Source: an uncultured Armatimonadetes bacterium | Lineage (GTDB): Bacteria > Armatimonadota > UBA5829 > DTJY01 | Length of the DNA: 64,000 nucleotides | Reading direction: 5' to 3' | Assembly: GCA_963717145.1 (NCBI GenBank) | Contig: OY970325.1 | Span: forward strand, 1-64,000 | In this document: positions 31,701 through 43,545 of the stretch, piece after piece | Layout: each line of letters begins with the position of its first letter | Numbering within the stretch: the stretch's first letter is position 1 | Notes under the pieces: generated by a model | Told to the model about the DNA's origin: nothing | The model's input: only the letters and a program-made list of their open reading frames with translations | Database searches by the model: none | Translations under genes and position numbers: made by a program

Positions 31701-34700
31701 CCTGTTCCCGCTGCAGGGTGTCGTCGTCGAAAGGCCCGTTGCCCGGCGAATGGATCTTGTTGAAATTGTCCGTGCCCAGGACCAGTTCGTCGGCCGGCAT
31801 GCCGGCGGTGTAGTGACAATCGCTCAGGGGCGAACCCCAACCCTGGTGCCAGGGACTGCCCGCATAGCGGCAGCCGAAGTTGTGGACCACCCTCCAGTTG
31901 CCATAGACAAACGTGCCTTCCTCGGGCTCGTTGCTCATGATGGGGCGATTGATCCAGTCGTTGACGGTGGCCTCCGTAAACCACATCCGATAGGTTCCAA
32001 AACTGCTGGCCGACACCGGTTCCCCAAAGCGCACCAGGCACTCCCGCATCCGCCCGTTGGCCGGCGTGTTGGTTGGAAACATGCTGGAGGCGCCGGGTGC
32101 GTCGGTCGCGCGGATGATAAAGGCCACCAAGGTGCCCGCCGCCTGGCCCGGGATGGCGGCGCTGTAGAGCCCATCCTGGGCGACCGTGTCCGCTCCGGAT
32201 CCGTTATCGGTCATGGTCACGCTGGTATAAGTGGTGGAGGGATCCACCCGATATTGCAGAACCAGCGAGGAGACGCCGTCGGGATCGTGCACCCGGGCAG
32301 TGACTGTGACCGGCTGGCTGGCGGCGGGCAGGACGGGACTGTGAGCCACTTCGTAGAGGGCGGGCGGAGCGTTGTTGGCCGCCCGGCTGTTGCGCGCGCC
32401 CGGCGTGCCCAGGTTCGTCGGAAGGCTCAACCGACCCGTCACCTCAAAGTAGTTGCCATGCAGCCGCAGCAGGAACTCGGGCCAGCCCTTCAGCCAGCGC
32501 ACCTTGGCCCGCATGGTCACGGTCCCGCTGGGCGTGGCGGTCAGGGGGAGATAGAGGCGGTTGGGACCGTAATCGCAGCGCGAGGTGGCGCGGACATGGA
32601 GGCATTGCCCTCCTCCGAAGCCGCCGCTTGTTTCCAGAGAGGAACGCACGTGACTGCCGCGGAGAATCCAGGAGCCCAGACCGGTCTCAAAATCCGGGGT
32701 ACCGACCAGGTTGGGGCCGCTGGTTCCCTGAATGACCTCGACATTGTCCAGGAGACACTCGCCTTCCTCCAGCAAGCCGCCTTCCACCGCGTTGGCGGTG
32801 CCAGACCCGAGGTCCATGGGGCCGCTCGCTTCCAGGTAGGTCCAGGGCGCCTTGGCGGTCTCATCGCTGTCTGCCCAGTTCGAGGGCAGGCGATGGTTGG
32901 AGCGCGGATCGATGAGTTCCATGCTGCTCCCACCGCTGTTGGCCCATTTCGGCCATTTCCCGCCCGTGCCGTAGGTGAGTTCGTCCACGACAATGTAGAT
33001 GGTGTTGGTCTTCACCACGCCCGATGAATTGGTGCTGACGATGGTATCCGGCATGGACAGGGCCAGGCGTTCGCCCCGGCCGGCGAGAGTGCCGGTGAAT
33101 GGACCGAAGGTGTTGGCGCTGGTCAGGTTGGTGTAGTTGGCCAGCAACCGCGCCGGATTCCTTGCCACTACGACGTAGCCATTGGTGGCCAGAACGGTGT
33201 TGGAGGGGAACGTGTAATTGATGCCGGAGGTGAACTGCCAGGCTCCAAGGTTCACCGGGTTGGTGCCCCTGTTGTACACTTCCACGTATTGGTCGTCGTC
33301 CAGGCGCGAAATCGGGTCATACATGATCTCGTTGATGACGATCTCCCGGACCAAAACGGCGCTGTTGCTGCCGCCCGGGGTCCGCGCTGCCAAGGGGTAG
33401 AAATCCGCTGCCCCGTTCGGCCAACGTCCCATGGAGACGCCATTGGCCTGCGCCTCAAACTTGACGGCATCGAGCACACGGGTCAGATCGGCGCTCTTGA
33501 AGAAGAGGCTTTCGCCGGCCGCGCTCAGGCTGAAGTTCATGTTCGTTTCGTAGAAGGCCAGAAAACCGCGCGCCGGAATGGTCGTGCCGGGAGGCATCAC
33601 AAACTTGTTCGTGTCCGGATTATCCGTCAGCACGCACCCCGAAAGGTCCACGGCCACCGTGCTGTGGTTGTAGAGTTCGATAAAATCCCAGGAGGGTGCA
33701 TCCGTGTGGGCGAGGAATTCGTTGATGACGACCGCCCGCTGGGGCTTGAAGCGAACCCCATCATGGGTGCCGGGCGAGCCGCCCACCGCGTCGCTGATGT
33801 CCCAGGCCTTGGGGTCAGCCTCGCCGTACGACGGCCGTGCCAACACCAGCGAATGCCCGGCCCCGTCGGCTGCCACCGGCCAGGGCGGCTCGCTGTCGTA
33901 GTTGACCTCCAGCAGAACGGCGTCCTGATCCGTGCGCAACCGCACGGTGCCGCTGGCGCTCAACCTGTGAGCGTAGGGGCCCAGCACGGTTGCGCCCATC
34001 AGACCGTAGATGCTTTGCAGTTCCACAGGCTGTGCGGCCAGGACGAGGAAGGAGCCGCCCGGCATGACCGCTCCGGGCGGAAAGGTGAAGTCCACGTCGC
34101 CGGAAATGCGATAACCGCTCAGGTCTTCGGCGAAGGGGTTGGAATTGAACAGTTCGATGAACTCGAGGTTGTTGGTGTCCGCCCGCGGGGCCGGCTTGTA
34201 CATGATTTCGGAGATCACCAGCCCGGTTTTGCGCGAGGATGGGCCGAGCGGTTCGAAGTTGACCGGCAAGGTGCCGATGGTGTCACCGCTCACCGTGGCC
34301 AGGTCGCGGAACTGGGCAGTGGCCAGTTGACCGCCGTCGCGGCTGGAGACGCACAGGCCGAACCAGATAGTGGACGGCATGGCGATGGTGGCCGTGCCAA
34401 GCTGGGTCCATGTCTGCCCGTCATAGCTGGCGTAGCCGGTGAAGACATTGCCGACCCGGCGCAGGCGCAGCCAGGTGTAAGGATAGTTGGGGGGAAAGGT
34501 GCCGAGGGTGCTGCTGGCAGCGAAGGCAGGATCCCGATACTGGAAGAAACATCCGGCGAGGGTCGGCGTGGCCAGGGCGGCGGCGAAGCGGCTGCTGGCA
34601 GTCAGGTCCTCCCGCGCCATGAGACCGGCTTTGGCCCAGACATCCGCAAGGCTCAGGAGCTGCAGCCGGACCTCCAAGTCAAAGTCGCCCGTGCGCGGCT

Positions 34701-37032
34701 GGTAACTGAACTGGAACTGATCCGAGCCGCCCCCGATCCCGGAACCTCCGCCGGTGACGTTGTAGCCGCCGGGCACGGCGGCATACGAGCCGGTCGGAGT
34801 GGAACTGCCGATGTCCTGCGGCGCGTATTCGGTGGCGATGAAGGTGTAGAACGAGGCGGGGGCGATGGTGTTGTGGTTGGTGGCCTGATCGCGGACATTG
34901 CTGATGAACAGGGTGTTGGTGCTGCCGATGCTCAAGGGCGAGACCCTCAAGAGGATGGTTTGGGCGTCCACCCCGAAGGCGGCGGAGGCGACCGTCACTC
35001 CGTTCGTGAAAGTGTAGTTCAAGCGGTTGGTCGCCGTGGCGGGGTCCACCGGCTCGGAAAAGACCACGCTCAGGTTGGTGGTGCCGACGTTTTGCACCCG
35101 GACGAGGGTGGGAGGAAAGGTGTCGGGCACGACCGTGAGGAGCGCCGTGGCACTGATGACCGTCTGGCCGGGCACGGAGACCCAGACGCGGTAGGCTGCG
35201 CCGCTATTGGTTTCATAGACAGCCGGCGTGGTGAAGATGGCACTGGTGGCTCCATCAATATCGACCCCGTTGACCTGCCACTGGTAGCTGACATTGGTCG
35301 TGATGTCCGAGGTGCCAAAGGCCTGGACGGAAAAGGTTGCGTTCTGTCCTGCCACGACCGTTGTGTTGGTCGGGGGCTGGGTGATGGTGACGCTGGAATT
35401 GGCGAGGGGGATGCCAAAGAAATTGCCCAGGCAAGCCCCGGGGACGACGATCCAATTGGCCGGGTCGAGCGGTGTCTTCCAAGCGACGTAAAGGTAGTCG
35501 CCGCCGCCGCCCTCCTTCATGAGGGCCTCGATGTAATAACGTTGGCCGGCCGCCAGCATGACCGGGGCAGAGACGTTCACGTCGAAGCTGTTGCAGCATC
35601 CCCCCTCCGCGGTCAGCAGCACCTTGTTGGCCGGCTGGTCGTTGGTACTCAGGAAGACCTGCGAATTGTCGTCGCTGCGAATCGCGAAGGTGTAGCTGCC
35701 GCTCACCGGCGGGACGAGGAAGCCCGACAACCGTCCGCCATACGCATCGGCAATGTTCTCGCTGGGCCAGCCCATGCTGGACGGGTAATCCACCGCGTCC
35801 GGGCTGTTGGGGAACTTGGCGCTGCCGGTCAGGTCGGAAACGGCGTTGCCCGAACCGATATCGTAGTAGAGCTGCCGGAGAACATACCCCGCGGTAAACA
35901 CCTGGTTGGTGAACTTGATCTGGGAATTGGCCAGGATTTGGTTGGTATTCGAGGAGGCATCGCGGACCCGGTCGACGGTGATGGTGTAGGCCGCGCCTGG
36001 ATCCTGGCTGACGGTGGTGAGGTCCACGGTTTTGGCATCCGGCCCGGCGCTGGCCTGAGTCACCGGCAGCGTTCCCGAAAGGTTGGTGATGACGTAGTTG
36101 GTCTTGGCCAGGGCCGTGCTGCTGAGCACCGCCTCGGAGAAGACCACCCGCACGTGGTTGTTTCCGACGTTCGCCGCGGAAACCAGGGTCGGACGCGTGG
36201 TGTCCGCGGTCAAGGTCAGGACGGCGTTGGAGCTGGTCGCCTGGCCGAGGGCGTTGCTCAAGACGCATCGGTAGCGGTCACCATTATTGGTCAGCGCAGG
36301 CGACGTCAGAGTATAGCTGGGGCCCGTGGCGCCGGGAATGTTGTTGCTGTTGCGCTGCCATTGGAAAGCGGGAGGCTCAAAATTGCTGAACTGAACCGCG
36401 AACGTGACCGGGGTTCCTTCCTGGTTGGTGACACTGGAAGGTTGGGCGGTGATGACTGGCGCCCATTTGGCGACGAGGCGGGAAACGGGAATGGGCTCCT
36501 CAATGGTCGCATTGGGCAATCGCCAGCGCACGGCCAGGTTATCACCGCCTCCCCCTTCCTTTTGCAGGGCTTCTATGTAGTAACGCTGGCCGGCCACCAG
36601 AGAAATCGGCGCGGATTGCTGATTTGCTTCCCTGGTCCATTCGCGTGAACTGGTCCAACCGCTCACGTAAGCGATAGGCGCTTTGTTGGCCGGCGATTCA
36701 TTCGTGCTCAGGAACAGTGTCGAAGCATCGTCGCTGGCGATCCAGAACGTGTAGTTGCCTGTGGTCGGCGCGGTGAGCAAGGCGCGACACCGCTGGCCAT
36801 AGTAATCGCCGACGTCGGTCGGGGCCTCGAAGTAGCTGGTCAGATAACCGGTCTGATCCGGGCTGTTTGGGAACTTGGCGTTGTTGGTCAGATCGCCGAC
36901 CACCGAGCCGCTGATGCCCGTGTAAACCTCACGATAGACGCTATTGGATTGTGCCAAAGCGGATCCAACTGTGGCAGAGAAGATTATGAATAGACAAAGG
37001 TCCGGTAACCTGCAATATGACTGGCTTTTCAT
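22795..37032 (-). CDS. Giant secreted surface protein (about 4,750 aa): PA14 x2, Ig/Big domains, lamin-tail domains, CotH kinase, carbohydrate-binding-like domains, about 16 cadherin/He_PIG-like repeats and a C-terminal domain (split by several apparent frameshifts between about 26100 and 28000)
   Basis: Signal peptide at 37032. PA14 motifs YTFWIASDD/YTFAIRSDD and EGGGGD; LTD motifs ISEIMY/INEF/INEWM; CotH-like DWDAFG..N...WHVFLFDMN; repeated TDSDLPANTLTFSL...GVFAWTP units. ORFs 27781..37032, 26627..27601, 26109..26651 and 22795..26736 join into one reading path. Confidence 0.85.
25508..28103 (-). repeat. Nine near-identical 288-bp intragenic tandem repeats (96-aa Ig/cadherin-like unit); two more at about 23297-23873
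   Basis: The unit NTAPVLNPIASLTNNELT...ALSATQAVTLVVREV recurs every 287-289 bp. Confidence 0.92.
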
Positions 37033-37354
37033 CGACAGGAGGAATTTAGGGCGAACGCGGGCTTAGGCAAAACCAAAGTCAGGTTTCTTTATTGTTAATG
37101 TTAGTTGCTAACAATCAGTGTTTTGTGGTTCTACAGGCAGTAACTCAACACACCAGGTAAAGACCTGTTCATCCAGTGATTATCGGGCGGTTTCGCTATC
37201 GTCTTGAGCCAGAACGGGCTGACGGTGGATCGAAAGAAAAACAGAAGAGAATCGCAGGCACCTCCGGGCGGGCGCTTGACGGGAGGCCAGCCGGGCCGCA
37301 TCAATTGCGGTGTGGCGGCTGCCGGCCATGCCGTCGGCCACCTGTCGTTGCACT

Positions 37355-37867
37355 ATGCCGATCTACGAGTTTGGATGTCCCAAGTGCCGGGTGATCTTCA
37401 GCTTCCTCTCGAGGAAGCTCAACCCGGAACGCTTGCCGGTTTGCCCCCGTTGCGGAGGCAAGAAGATGGTCAAGGCGATGAGCCGTTTCGCCACGCCCCG
37501 GGGCGCAAAGGAACCCGCCGCGCCTGGCGGAGTGGAGGGCGAGGGCGGACCCATGCCCGATTTTGACGATCCGCGCATGGAACGGGTAATGGGAGAGATC
37601 GAGCGGGATATCGCACACATGGATGAGAACAATCCCCGCCACATGGCCCATTTGATGCGGAAGATGAAGGAAGTCATGCCTGCCGGCAGCATGCCCAAGG
37701 AACTGGACGTGGCCATCAAGCGGTTGGAAGCGGGTGAGGATCCGGAGAAGATTGAAGAGGACATGGGCGACGTGCTCGGCAGTTTTATGGGGGACGGCGA
37801 GCAGGAGAATGGCTTGGGAGGAGGCGGGAGCGGGTACGCCAAAGACAGCGGCCTCTACGACTACTGA
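37355..37867 (+). CDS. FmdB-family zinc ribbon protein with acidic/Met-rich C-terminal extension
   Basis: MPIYEFGCPKC...CPRCG...MSRF, followed by a helical tail ending DSGLYDY. Confidence 0.85.
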   Translation: MPIYEFGCPKCRVIFSFLSRKLNPERLPVCPRCGGKKMVKAMSRFATPRGAKEPAAPGGVEGEGGPMPDFDDPRMERVMGEIERDIAHMDENNPRHMAHLMRKMKEVMPAGSMPKELDVAIKRLEAGEDPEKIEEDMGDVLGSFMGDGEQENGLGGGGSGYAKDSGLYDY

Positions 37868-37884
37868 GGTCACTGACTTAGCGC

Positions 37885-39102
37885 ATGTCTCTCCGCCGCC
37901 TCAAGTTCCTCTATTTCTGCCTGGAAGGCCTTAACTCCTTCGCTGCGACCTATTTCTTCTATTACCTGTTTTTTCACCTGCGCGACCAGTTTCACTTCGG
38001 CAGCGCGCAAAACCTCGCGGTCTGCGCGTTCCAGGGGCTCGTCTATGCGGTCTGCGCCTGGTTTGGGGGACGGTTTTCCCAGCGAGCCGGCTACTTCGTC
38101 GCGCTGCCTCTGGGGTTCGGCTTGATGGCCGGTTCCCTGGTGCTTATGGCTTGGGTGGACTCGCTCCCCGGTCTCCTGGGCGGCCTCTTTCTTTGGACGT
38201 TCGGGATGTGCTTCACTTGGCCGACCTTGGAAGCCCTGGCCAGCGAAGGAGAGCCGCCCGGGCGGCTCCAGCGCATGATCGGCATTTACAACCTGGTTTG
38301 GGCAGGCATGGCGGCGCTGGCTTACTTCGTGGGAGGGACCCTGCTGGAACGGTTGGGCGGGCGAAGCATCTTCTGGGTCCCCGCTCTGTTGCACGGGTTG
38401 CAGTTGGCTGTGCTTCTGTGGCTTAGGCTCGATCAACCGGACCTGACCGGCCGGGTGGCGGTGGCTGGCGGCCCAAGCGGCGAGCACGCCGCAGACGTGC
38501 GCCCATCCGCAGGGATCCAGCCCAAGGCATTCCTCATCCTGGCCTGGGTGGCCAATCCGTTCGCCTACGTGGCCATGAACGCGGCGGTGCCGGTCATCCC
38601 GCAACTGGCCGAACGGCTGCACCTGACCACCGCGCAGGCTGGGTTCTTCTGTTCCATCTGGTTCTTTGCGCGGCTGGCCGCTTTCTTCGGGCTGTGGCGA
38701 TGGACCGGCTGGCACTATCGCTTTCGGTGGTTGGTGGGAGCCTTCATCCTCCTGATTCTGAGCTTCGCCGCCATGCTGCTGGTGCCGCGCCTGGCGGTTA
38801 TCGCCCTGGCCCAGGTCCTGTTTGGCCTGGCGGTCGGCTTGATCTACTACTCCTCGCTCTTCTACTCGATGGATGTCGGCGAAACCAAGGGCGAACACGG
38901 CGGCATCCACGAGGCGGTCCTTGGCGGCGGCACTTTCGCAGGGGCGGCGATTGGCTCGGCCGGCCAATATGCGCTGGGCGGGCAATCCGGCAGCACCTGG
39001 GCGGTGAGCCTTCTCCTGGCGGTCGGGTTGGCCGGTCTGGTGGTGTTGCGGCACCGTTTGCGCCGAAGCGCCCAACGCGGAGCCCCGACGCACTTTTCTT
39101 GA
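37885..39102 (+). CDS. MFS transporter
   Basis: 405 aa with about 12 hydrophobic segments and a GGRFSQRAGY loop motif. Confidence 0.85.
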   Translation: MSLRRLKFLYFCLEGLNSFAATYFFYYLFFHLRDQFHFGSAQNLAVCAFQGLVYAVCAWFGGRFSQRAGYFVALPLGFGLMAGSLVLMAWVDSLPGLLGGLFLWTFGMCFTWPTLEALASEGEPPGRLQRMIGIYNLVWAGMAALAYFVGGTLLERLGGRSIFWVPALLHGLQLAVLLWLRLDQPDLTGRVAVAGGPSGEHAADVRPSAGIQPKAFLILAWVANPFAYVAMNAAVPVIPQLAERLHLTTAQAGFFCSIWFFARLAAFFGLWRWTGWHYRFRWLVGAFILLILSFAAMLLVPRLAVIALAQVLFGLAVGLIYYSSLFYSMDVGETKGEHGGIHEAVLGGGTFAGAAIGSAGQYALGGQSGSTWAVSLLLAVGLAGLVVLRHRLRRSAQRGAPTHFS

Positions 39103-39164
39103 AGGGCGCGGATCAGGTTGGCGTCAGAAAGCCAGACGTGGCAATAACGATACCCGAAACCATT

Positions 39165-40163
39165 ATGAAGCGACATTTACCTTGGTTACTTTCCCTTTTC
39201 GCTGGCTGTGCCGCCACCTTGGCGGCCAACAACGCCGAACCGTTTCTGGGCCGCTGGGCGCTCACCATCCCCGGCGGCGGGGCGGGGTGGCTGGGAGTGG
39301 AAGAAAAGGACGGCGCGCTCAAGGGCGGCATTTTGTGGGGTGGCGGCAGCGTGGTGCCGGTCAACGCGGTCAAGGTGGATGGCGACAAGCTGATCGTCAC
39401 CCGGTTGCACGAGAGCCGCCAGAAGGACGCCGCGGGCAAGACGGTCAAGAGGGTCACGACCGAGACCATCACCGCCACGGTCACGGGCGATCAGATGAGC
39501 CTGACGACCCGCCGGACCCGGGAAGACGGCTCCGCCGAGGGCAAGACCGAGGAATTCAAGGGCAAGCGCATTCCGCCGGTGCCGCCGGCACCGGATCTTT
39601 CCCAGGTGAAGTTCGGCGAGCCCATCAAGCTCTTCAACGGCACGGATCTGGCCGGGTGGAAGTTGATGGGCAGCCCCAGCGGCTGGGGGGTGCAGGATGG
39701 CGTGCTGGTCAACGAAGCCAAACAGGAGCCCGGGCGGCACAAGTCTTATGCGAACATCCGCACCGAGCGTGAATTTGAGGACTTCAACCTGACCCTGGAG
39801 TTTCGGGTCCCCAAAGGCGGCAACAGCGGCATCTACCTCCGCGGCATTTACGAGGTGCAGGTGGCGGACTCCTTCGGCCAGAAGCCCGACTCGCACAACG
39901 TGGGCGGCGTCTATAGCCGCATCACGCCGACCGCCATTCCGGCCAAGCCGGCTGGCGAGTGGCAGAGTTTCGACATCACCCTCGTGGACCGCCATGTCAC
40001 CGTCATTCTCAACGGCCAGAAGATCATCGACAACAAACCGCTGCTCGGCTGCACCGGCGGCGCTCTCTGGTCCGACGAGTTTCGCCCCGGCCCAATTTAT
40101 CTCCAAGGCGACCATACCAGCGTGGACTATCGGAACATCGTGATCCGCCCGGTGGTCAAGTAG
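39165..40163 (+). CDS. Secreted DUF1080 (3-keto-disaccharide hydrolase-like) protein
   Basis: Signal peptide, LFNGTDLAGW, GNSGIYLRG.YEVQV.D, GEWQ and GPIYLQGDH...YRNI. Confidence 0.9.
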   Translation: MKRHLPWLLSLFAGCAATLAANNAEPFLGRWALTIPGGGAGWLGVEEKDGALKGGILWGGGSVVPVNAVKVDGDKLIVTRLHESRQKDAAGKTVKRVTTETITATVTGDQMSLTTRRTREDGSAEGKTEEFKGKRIPPVPPAPDLSQVKFGEPIKLFNGTDLAGWKLMGSPSGWGVQDGVLVNEAKQEPGRHKSYANIRTEREFEDFNLTLEFRVPKGGNSGIYLRGIYEVQVADSFGQKPDSHNVGGVYSRITPTAIPAKPAGEWQSFDITLVDRHVTVILNGQKIIDNKPLLGCTGGALWSDEFRPGPIYLQGDHTSVDYRNIVIRPVVK

Positions 40164-40258
40164 GTTTGACTCCAAAAAAGCCTTGCGACCGGGCGGTGGT
40201 TTGGTAGGAAGCGCCCGGCGGAATTCTGCCAAACAACAAAAGCACATTTCAAGAATTG

Positions 40259-40852
40259 ATGAAGACCCTCCTTGTTCTTGCCACGGCGTTGACGATGACG
40301 ATCGGCGGCCTGTTCCCAACCTCGGCGGCGGACGCCAAGCCTGCCGCCGCTCCGGGCGAAAAGAAGGCCGATCCCAAGAAACAGTCCAAACCACAAAAGC
40401 TGCCCTTCAAGGGCGAGGTGAAGGCGGCCAATCAGCAGGCCAAGACCTTCACCATCGGGGAACGCACCTTCCACCTCACTTCACAGACACGCATCCAAAA
40501 GGCCGGCGCGCCGGCCACGTTCCAGGAGGTGAAGGTCGGGGAGAAAGTGACTGGCAGCTACACCACTTCGCCGGAAGGACGACTGGAGGCTGGCTCGATC
40601 TATGTGGGGCCGAAGCAGGCGGAGGGCGCCAAGGCGAAGGAAGCCAAAGCGAAGGAGGCCAAGAAGGAGAAAGGCGAGCCCAAGGCCAAGAAGACTGCGC
40701 CCAAGAAAGAGGAGCCCAAGCTTTCCGAGCCGATCAAGGAAGCGCCCGTCGCCCCGGAGCCCAAGAAGGAGGAACCGGCGCCGGCGACGCCTCCCCCGGC
40801 CACCCCTCCGCCCGCCACGCCTCCCGCTGCGCCGGCGACGCCCGCCCAGTAG
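40259..40852 (+). CDS. Secreted Lys/Ala/Pro-rich protein with a small OB-fold-like core
   Basis: Signal peptide, LPFKGEV...TFTIGERTF...VKVGEKVTGSY core, and a low-complexity KE/PA tail. Confidence 0.75.
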   Translation: MKTLLVLATALTMTIGGLFPTSAADAKPAAAPGEKKADPKKQSKPQKLPFKGEVKAANQQAKTFTIGERTFHLTSQTRIQKAGAPATFQEVKVGEKVTGSYTTSPEGRLEAGSIYVGPKQAEGAKAKEAKAKEAKKEKGEPKAKKTAPKKEEPKLSEPIKEAPVAPEPKKEEPAPATPPPATPPPATPPAAPATPAQ

Positions 40853-40915
40853 GCGATCGGTCGCCGACGACCGCGGCCTGATTTCTGGGGCCTGGCCTTC
40901 GGGCCGGCCAAAGTT

Positions 40916-41890
40916 TCAGGCTATTTGCGGCACGGCTCCAGCGGGTTGCAGGCGGAGCAGGCCATCGACCGCCTCGCACACGGTCGTGACCTCCAGACGA
41001 TCGAGGTTGCCCCCGGGCGCGCGCAAGATCCGGTGGGTGGGCCGGCTGAGCGGATAAGGGCCGCACAGCGCGGGGTCGGTTGGCCCGAACAAAGCCACCA
41101 GCGGGGTCCCCACGGCCGCCGCAATGTGCATCGGACCGCTGTCATTGGATGCCACCACCCGCGCCGACTGGAGCAGACCGACCACTTGTCCGAGGGTGGT
41201 TTGGCCGGTGAAATTATGGACTTCCGGATCCTGGGCCAAGTCGGCCGGGGTGGACTCGGTTCGATGCCCACACCAGACCACGGGTATATCCTGACGGTTT
41301 TCGCGGAGATGGCGCGTGAGCGCGGCGAAGCCCCTCCATTCTTTCGAACGGTGGCGGCTGTGCACCGCCATCACGATCGGTCTTCGGGCGCCAAGGCCGG
41401 CGTGCGGAGGCGGGAGCGGCTCTGACCGCAATTGGATGGGCGAGCCCAGACGCGGCTCCAGCCCGAGCAGAGGCAGGAACTGGAGCAGGACGTCGATGGC
41501 GTGGATCTGGCGTTGGTTGGGCAGGGAAGGCGGCGTTTTCTGATAAGCCAGCCAGGCTCCTTCGCGGGCCTGCGCGCGGCCGATTCGCACTCGCGCCCGG
41601 GAGAACCACGTCATCAGGCCGGACCGGGCCAACCCCTGGAAATCCAGCGCATAATCGTAGTGCTCCCGCCGGATTTCCCGGACCAGCCGGACGAAGCCCG
41701 TGATCCCGCCCCACCTCTGGAAGACCAACACCCGGTCCGCGGTAGGACAGGCTCGCACCAGGGGCGCAAAGCGTTCGCCGGCCACCCAGTGGAGGGTACA
41801 GCCCGGCATCTGCTCGCGGAGGGATTGCGCCACCACCAACCCGTGCACAATGTCCCCCAACGAGGAGGGCTTGATGATCAATACCTTCAT
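40916..41890 (-). CDS. Glycosyltransferase family 9 (heptosyltransferase-like)
   Basis: MKVLIIKPSSLGDIVH, DFQGLARS and NDSGPMHIAAAVGTPLVALFGPT. Confidence 0.92.
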   Translation of the reverse strand: MKVLIIKPSSLGDIVHGLVVAQSLREQMPGCTLHWVAGERFAPLVRACPTADRVLVFQRWGGITGFVRLVREIRREHYDYALDFQGLARSGLMTWFSRARVRIGRAQAREGAWLAYQKTPPSLPNQRQIHAIDVLLQFLPLLGLEPRLGSPIQLRSEPLPPPHAGLGARRPIVMAVHSRHRSKEWRGFAALTRHLRENRQDIPVVWCGHRTESTPADLAQDPEVHNFTGQTTLGQVVGLLQSARVVASNDSGPMHIAAAVGTPLVALFGPTDPALCGPYPLSRPTHRILRAPGGNLDRLEVTTVCEAVDGLLRLQPAGAVPQIA

Positions 41891-41938
41891 GCGGCCGAAC
41901 GGGAGGGACCGACAAATCGTCTCCATGACGGCCCTGCC

Positions 41939-42114
41939 CGGTCATGGTCCGATGCGTGATCGCAGAATCATGGAGGCTCCGAACCGTCCTGTCGGCAAGG
42001 TAGGGCGCGACCGCTGGGCGCGCCGCTCCCAGCCCGGCCGGCCCGGCGGTTCGGCCCTACCGGGGTCATGGCCCGTAGGCAGGTCCGAAAGGAACAAGGG
42101 ACTTTCCAAGAGGC
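41939..42114. repeat. Mosaic array: 52-bp-type unit / REPIN / 52-bp unit
   Basis: Reversed units at 41939-41985 (internally shortened) and 42063-42114 flank GGTAGGGCGCG...GCCCTACC at 41999-42061. Confidence 0.72.
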
Positions 42115-42324
42115 ACCCGCCGACTCGGGGTAAACTATCCCGGCTGATGTGCGCCTTCCATGGATGCATCTTCAAGAAAACCATCCTCTGCGCTGGGCCG
42201 TTGCTTTTCAACTGGAAAAACCGGGCCAGGTCTCTGGGTCGCTGGGGGGGATTGGCCGTGGAATTGGGCGTGGAATTGGGCGTTGCCTCAGCCACCCGTC
42301 GCACCTAGACTGGGTGCCACCGTT

Positions 42325-43302
42325 ATGAAACACGTGCTGGATTTCGAGAAGCCCATCGTGGAGCTGGAGCACAAGCTGGAGGAGCTGAGGAAGCATCCGG
42401 AAGCCCATGCCATGGACATCAGCATCGTGGAAGAGATCCAGCGGATTGAGGAGAAGATCGCCGAAACCCGCAAGCAGGTGTTCGAAAACCTGAGCGCCTG
42501 GCAGCGGGTGCAACTGGCCCGGCATCCCAAGCGGCCCTATACCATGGACTATCTCGAAAGGGCCTTCACCGGGTTCGAGGAGTTCCACGGCGACCGCCTG
42601 TTTGCGGAGGACCGGGCGGTGGTGGGCGGGTTCGCCAAGCTGGGGGAGCATCGGGTGATGGTCGTCGGCACCCAGAAGGGGCGCGATACCAAGGAGAACA
42701 TCCGGCGCAACTTTGGCTCCGCCCACCCGGAAGGGTATCGCAAGGCGCTCCGACTCATGCGGATGGCGGACAAGTTCAAGCTCCCCATCATCACGCTGAT
42801 TGACACGGCGGGGGCGTATCCTGGAATCGGGGCCGAAGAGCGGCACATTGCCGAGGCCATCGCTGTCAACCTGAGGGAGATGATGCTCTTTGAAGTGCCC
42901 ATCATCGCTGCCGTGCTGGGGGAGGGGGGTTCCGGGGGCGCCCTGGGCATCGGGGTGGCCGACCGCGTGCTCCTCCTGGAGAACGCTTACTATTCGGTGA
43001 TCAGCCCGGAAGGTTGCGCGGCGATTCTTTGGAAGGACCGATCGGCGGCGCCCAAAGCCGCCGAGGCGCTCAAGATCACCGCCAAGGATCTGTTCGAGCT
43101 GGGGCTGGCCGACGAGATTGTTCCCGAACCCCTCGGAGGGGCGCATAACGATCCGGCGGTCACTGCGGAAAATCTCAAGCGGAGCCTGCTGCAGAATCTC
43201 GAAGCCATGCTGAAGCTCACGGCGCCGGAGCGGCTGAAACAGCGCTACGCCAAGTTTCGGGCTTACGGCCATTTCACGGAGAAGCAGCCCGTGGCTGCTT
43301 AG
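42325..43302 (+). CDS. accA: Acetyl-CoA carboxylase carboxyltransferase subunit alpha
   Basis: LDFEKPI, ARHPKRP, PEGYRKALR, IDTAGAYPG, GEGGSGGAL and YSVISPEGCAAILWK. Confidence 0.97.
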   Translation: MKHVLDFEKPIVELEHKLEELRKHPEAHAMDISIVEEIQRIEEKIAETRKQVFENLSAWQRVQLARHPKRPYTMDYLERAFTGFEEFHGDRLFAEDRAVVGGFAKLGEHRVMVVGTQKGRDTKENIRRNFGSAHPEGYRKALRLMRMADKFKLPIITLIDTAGAYPGIGAEERHIAEAIAVNLREMMLFEVPIIAAVLGEGGSGGALGIGVADRVLLLENAYYSVISPEGCAAILWKDRSAAPKAAEALKITAKDLFELGLADEIVPEPLGGAHNDPAVTAENLKRSLLQNLEAMLKLTAPERLKQRYAKFRAYGHFTEKQPVAA

Positions 43303-43545
43303 CCTCCCTTCTTTTTCTCTTCAAGTAACGGCTTGGGATGCCGATGGTTCTAACCAGCGCGCCCGGCGAGAGGGGGTGTGCAGGTTGATCCGGGCTCCTG
43401 CCTCCTTCACTGGACCCCCTCTCGCTGCTCTTTCCGAACGGTTTGCCGCAATCCCGCCCTTGCCGGGGACCCCACCATCTGCTCTTCTACCGGAAGGCAC
43501 GATGCGGCCGCGCGGACCCGCGCCGCCCGTGAAAGACGAGGTGTA

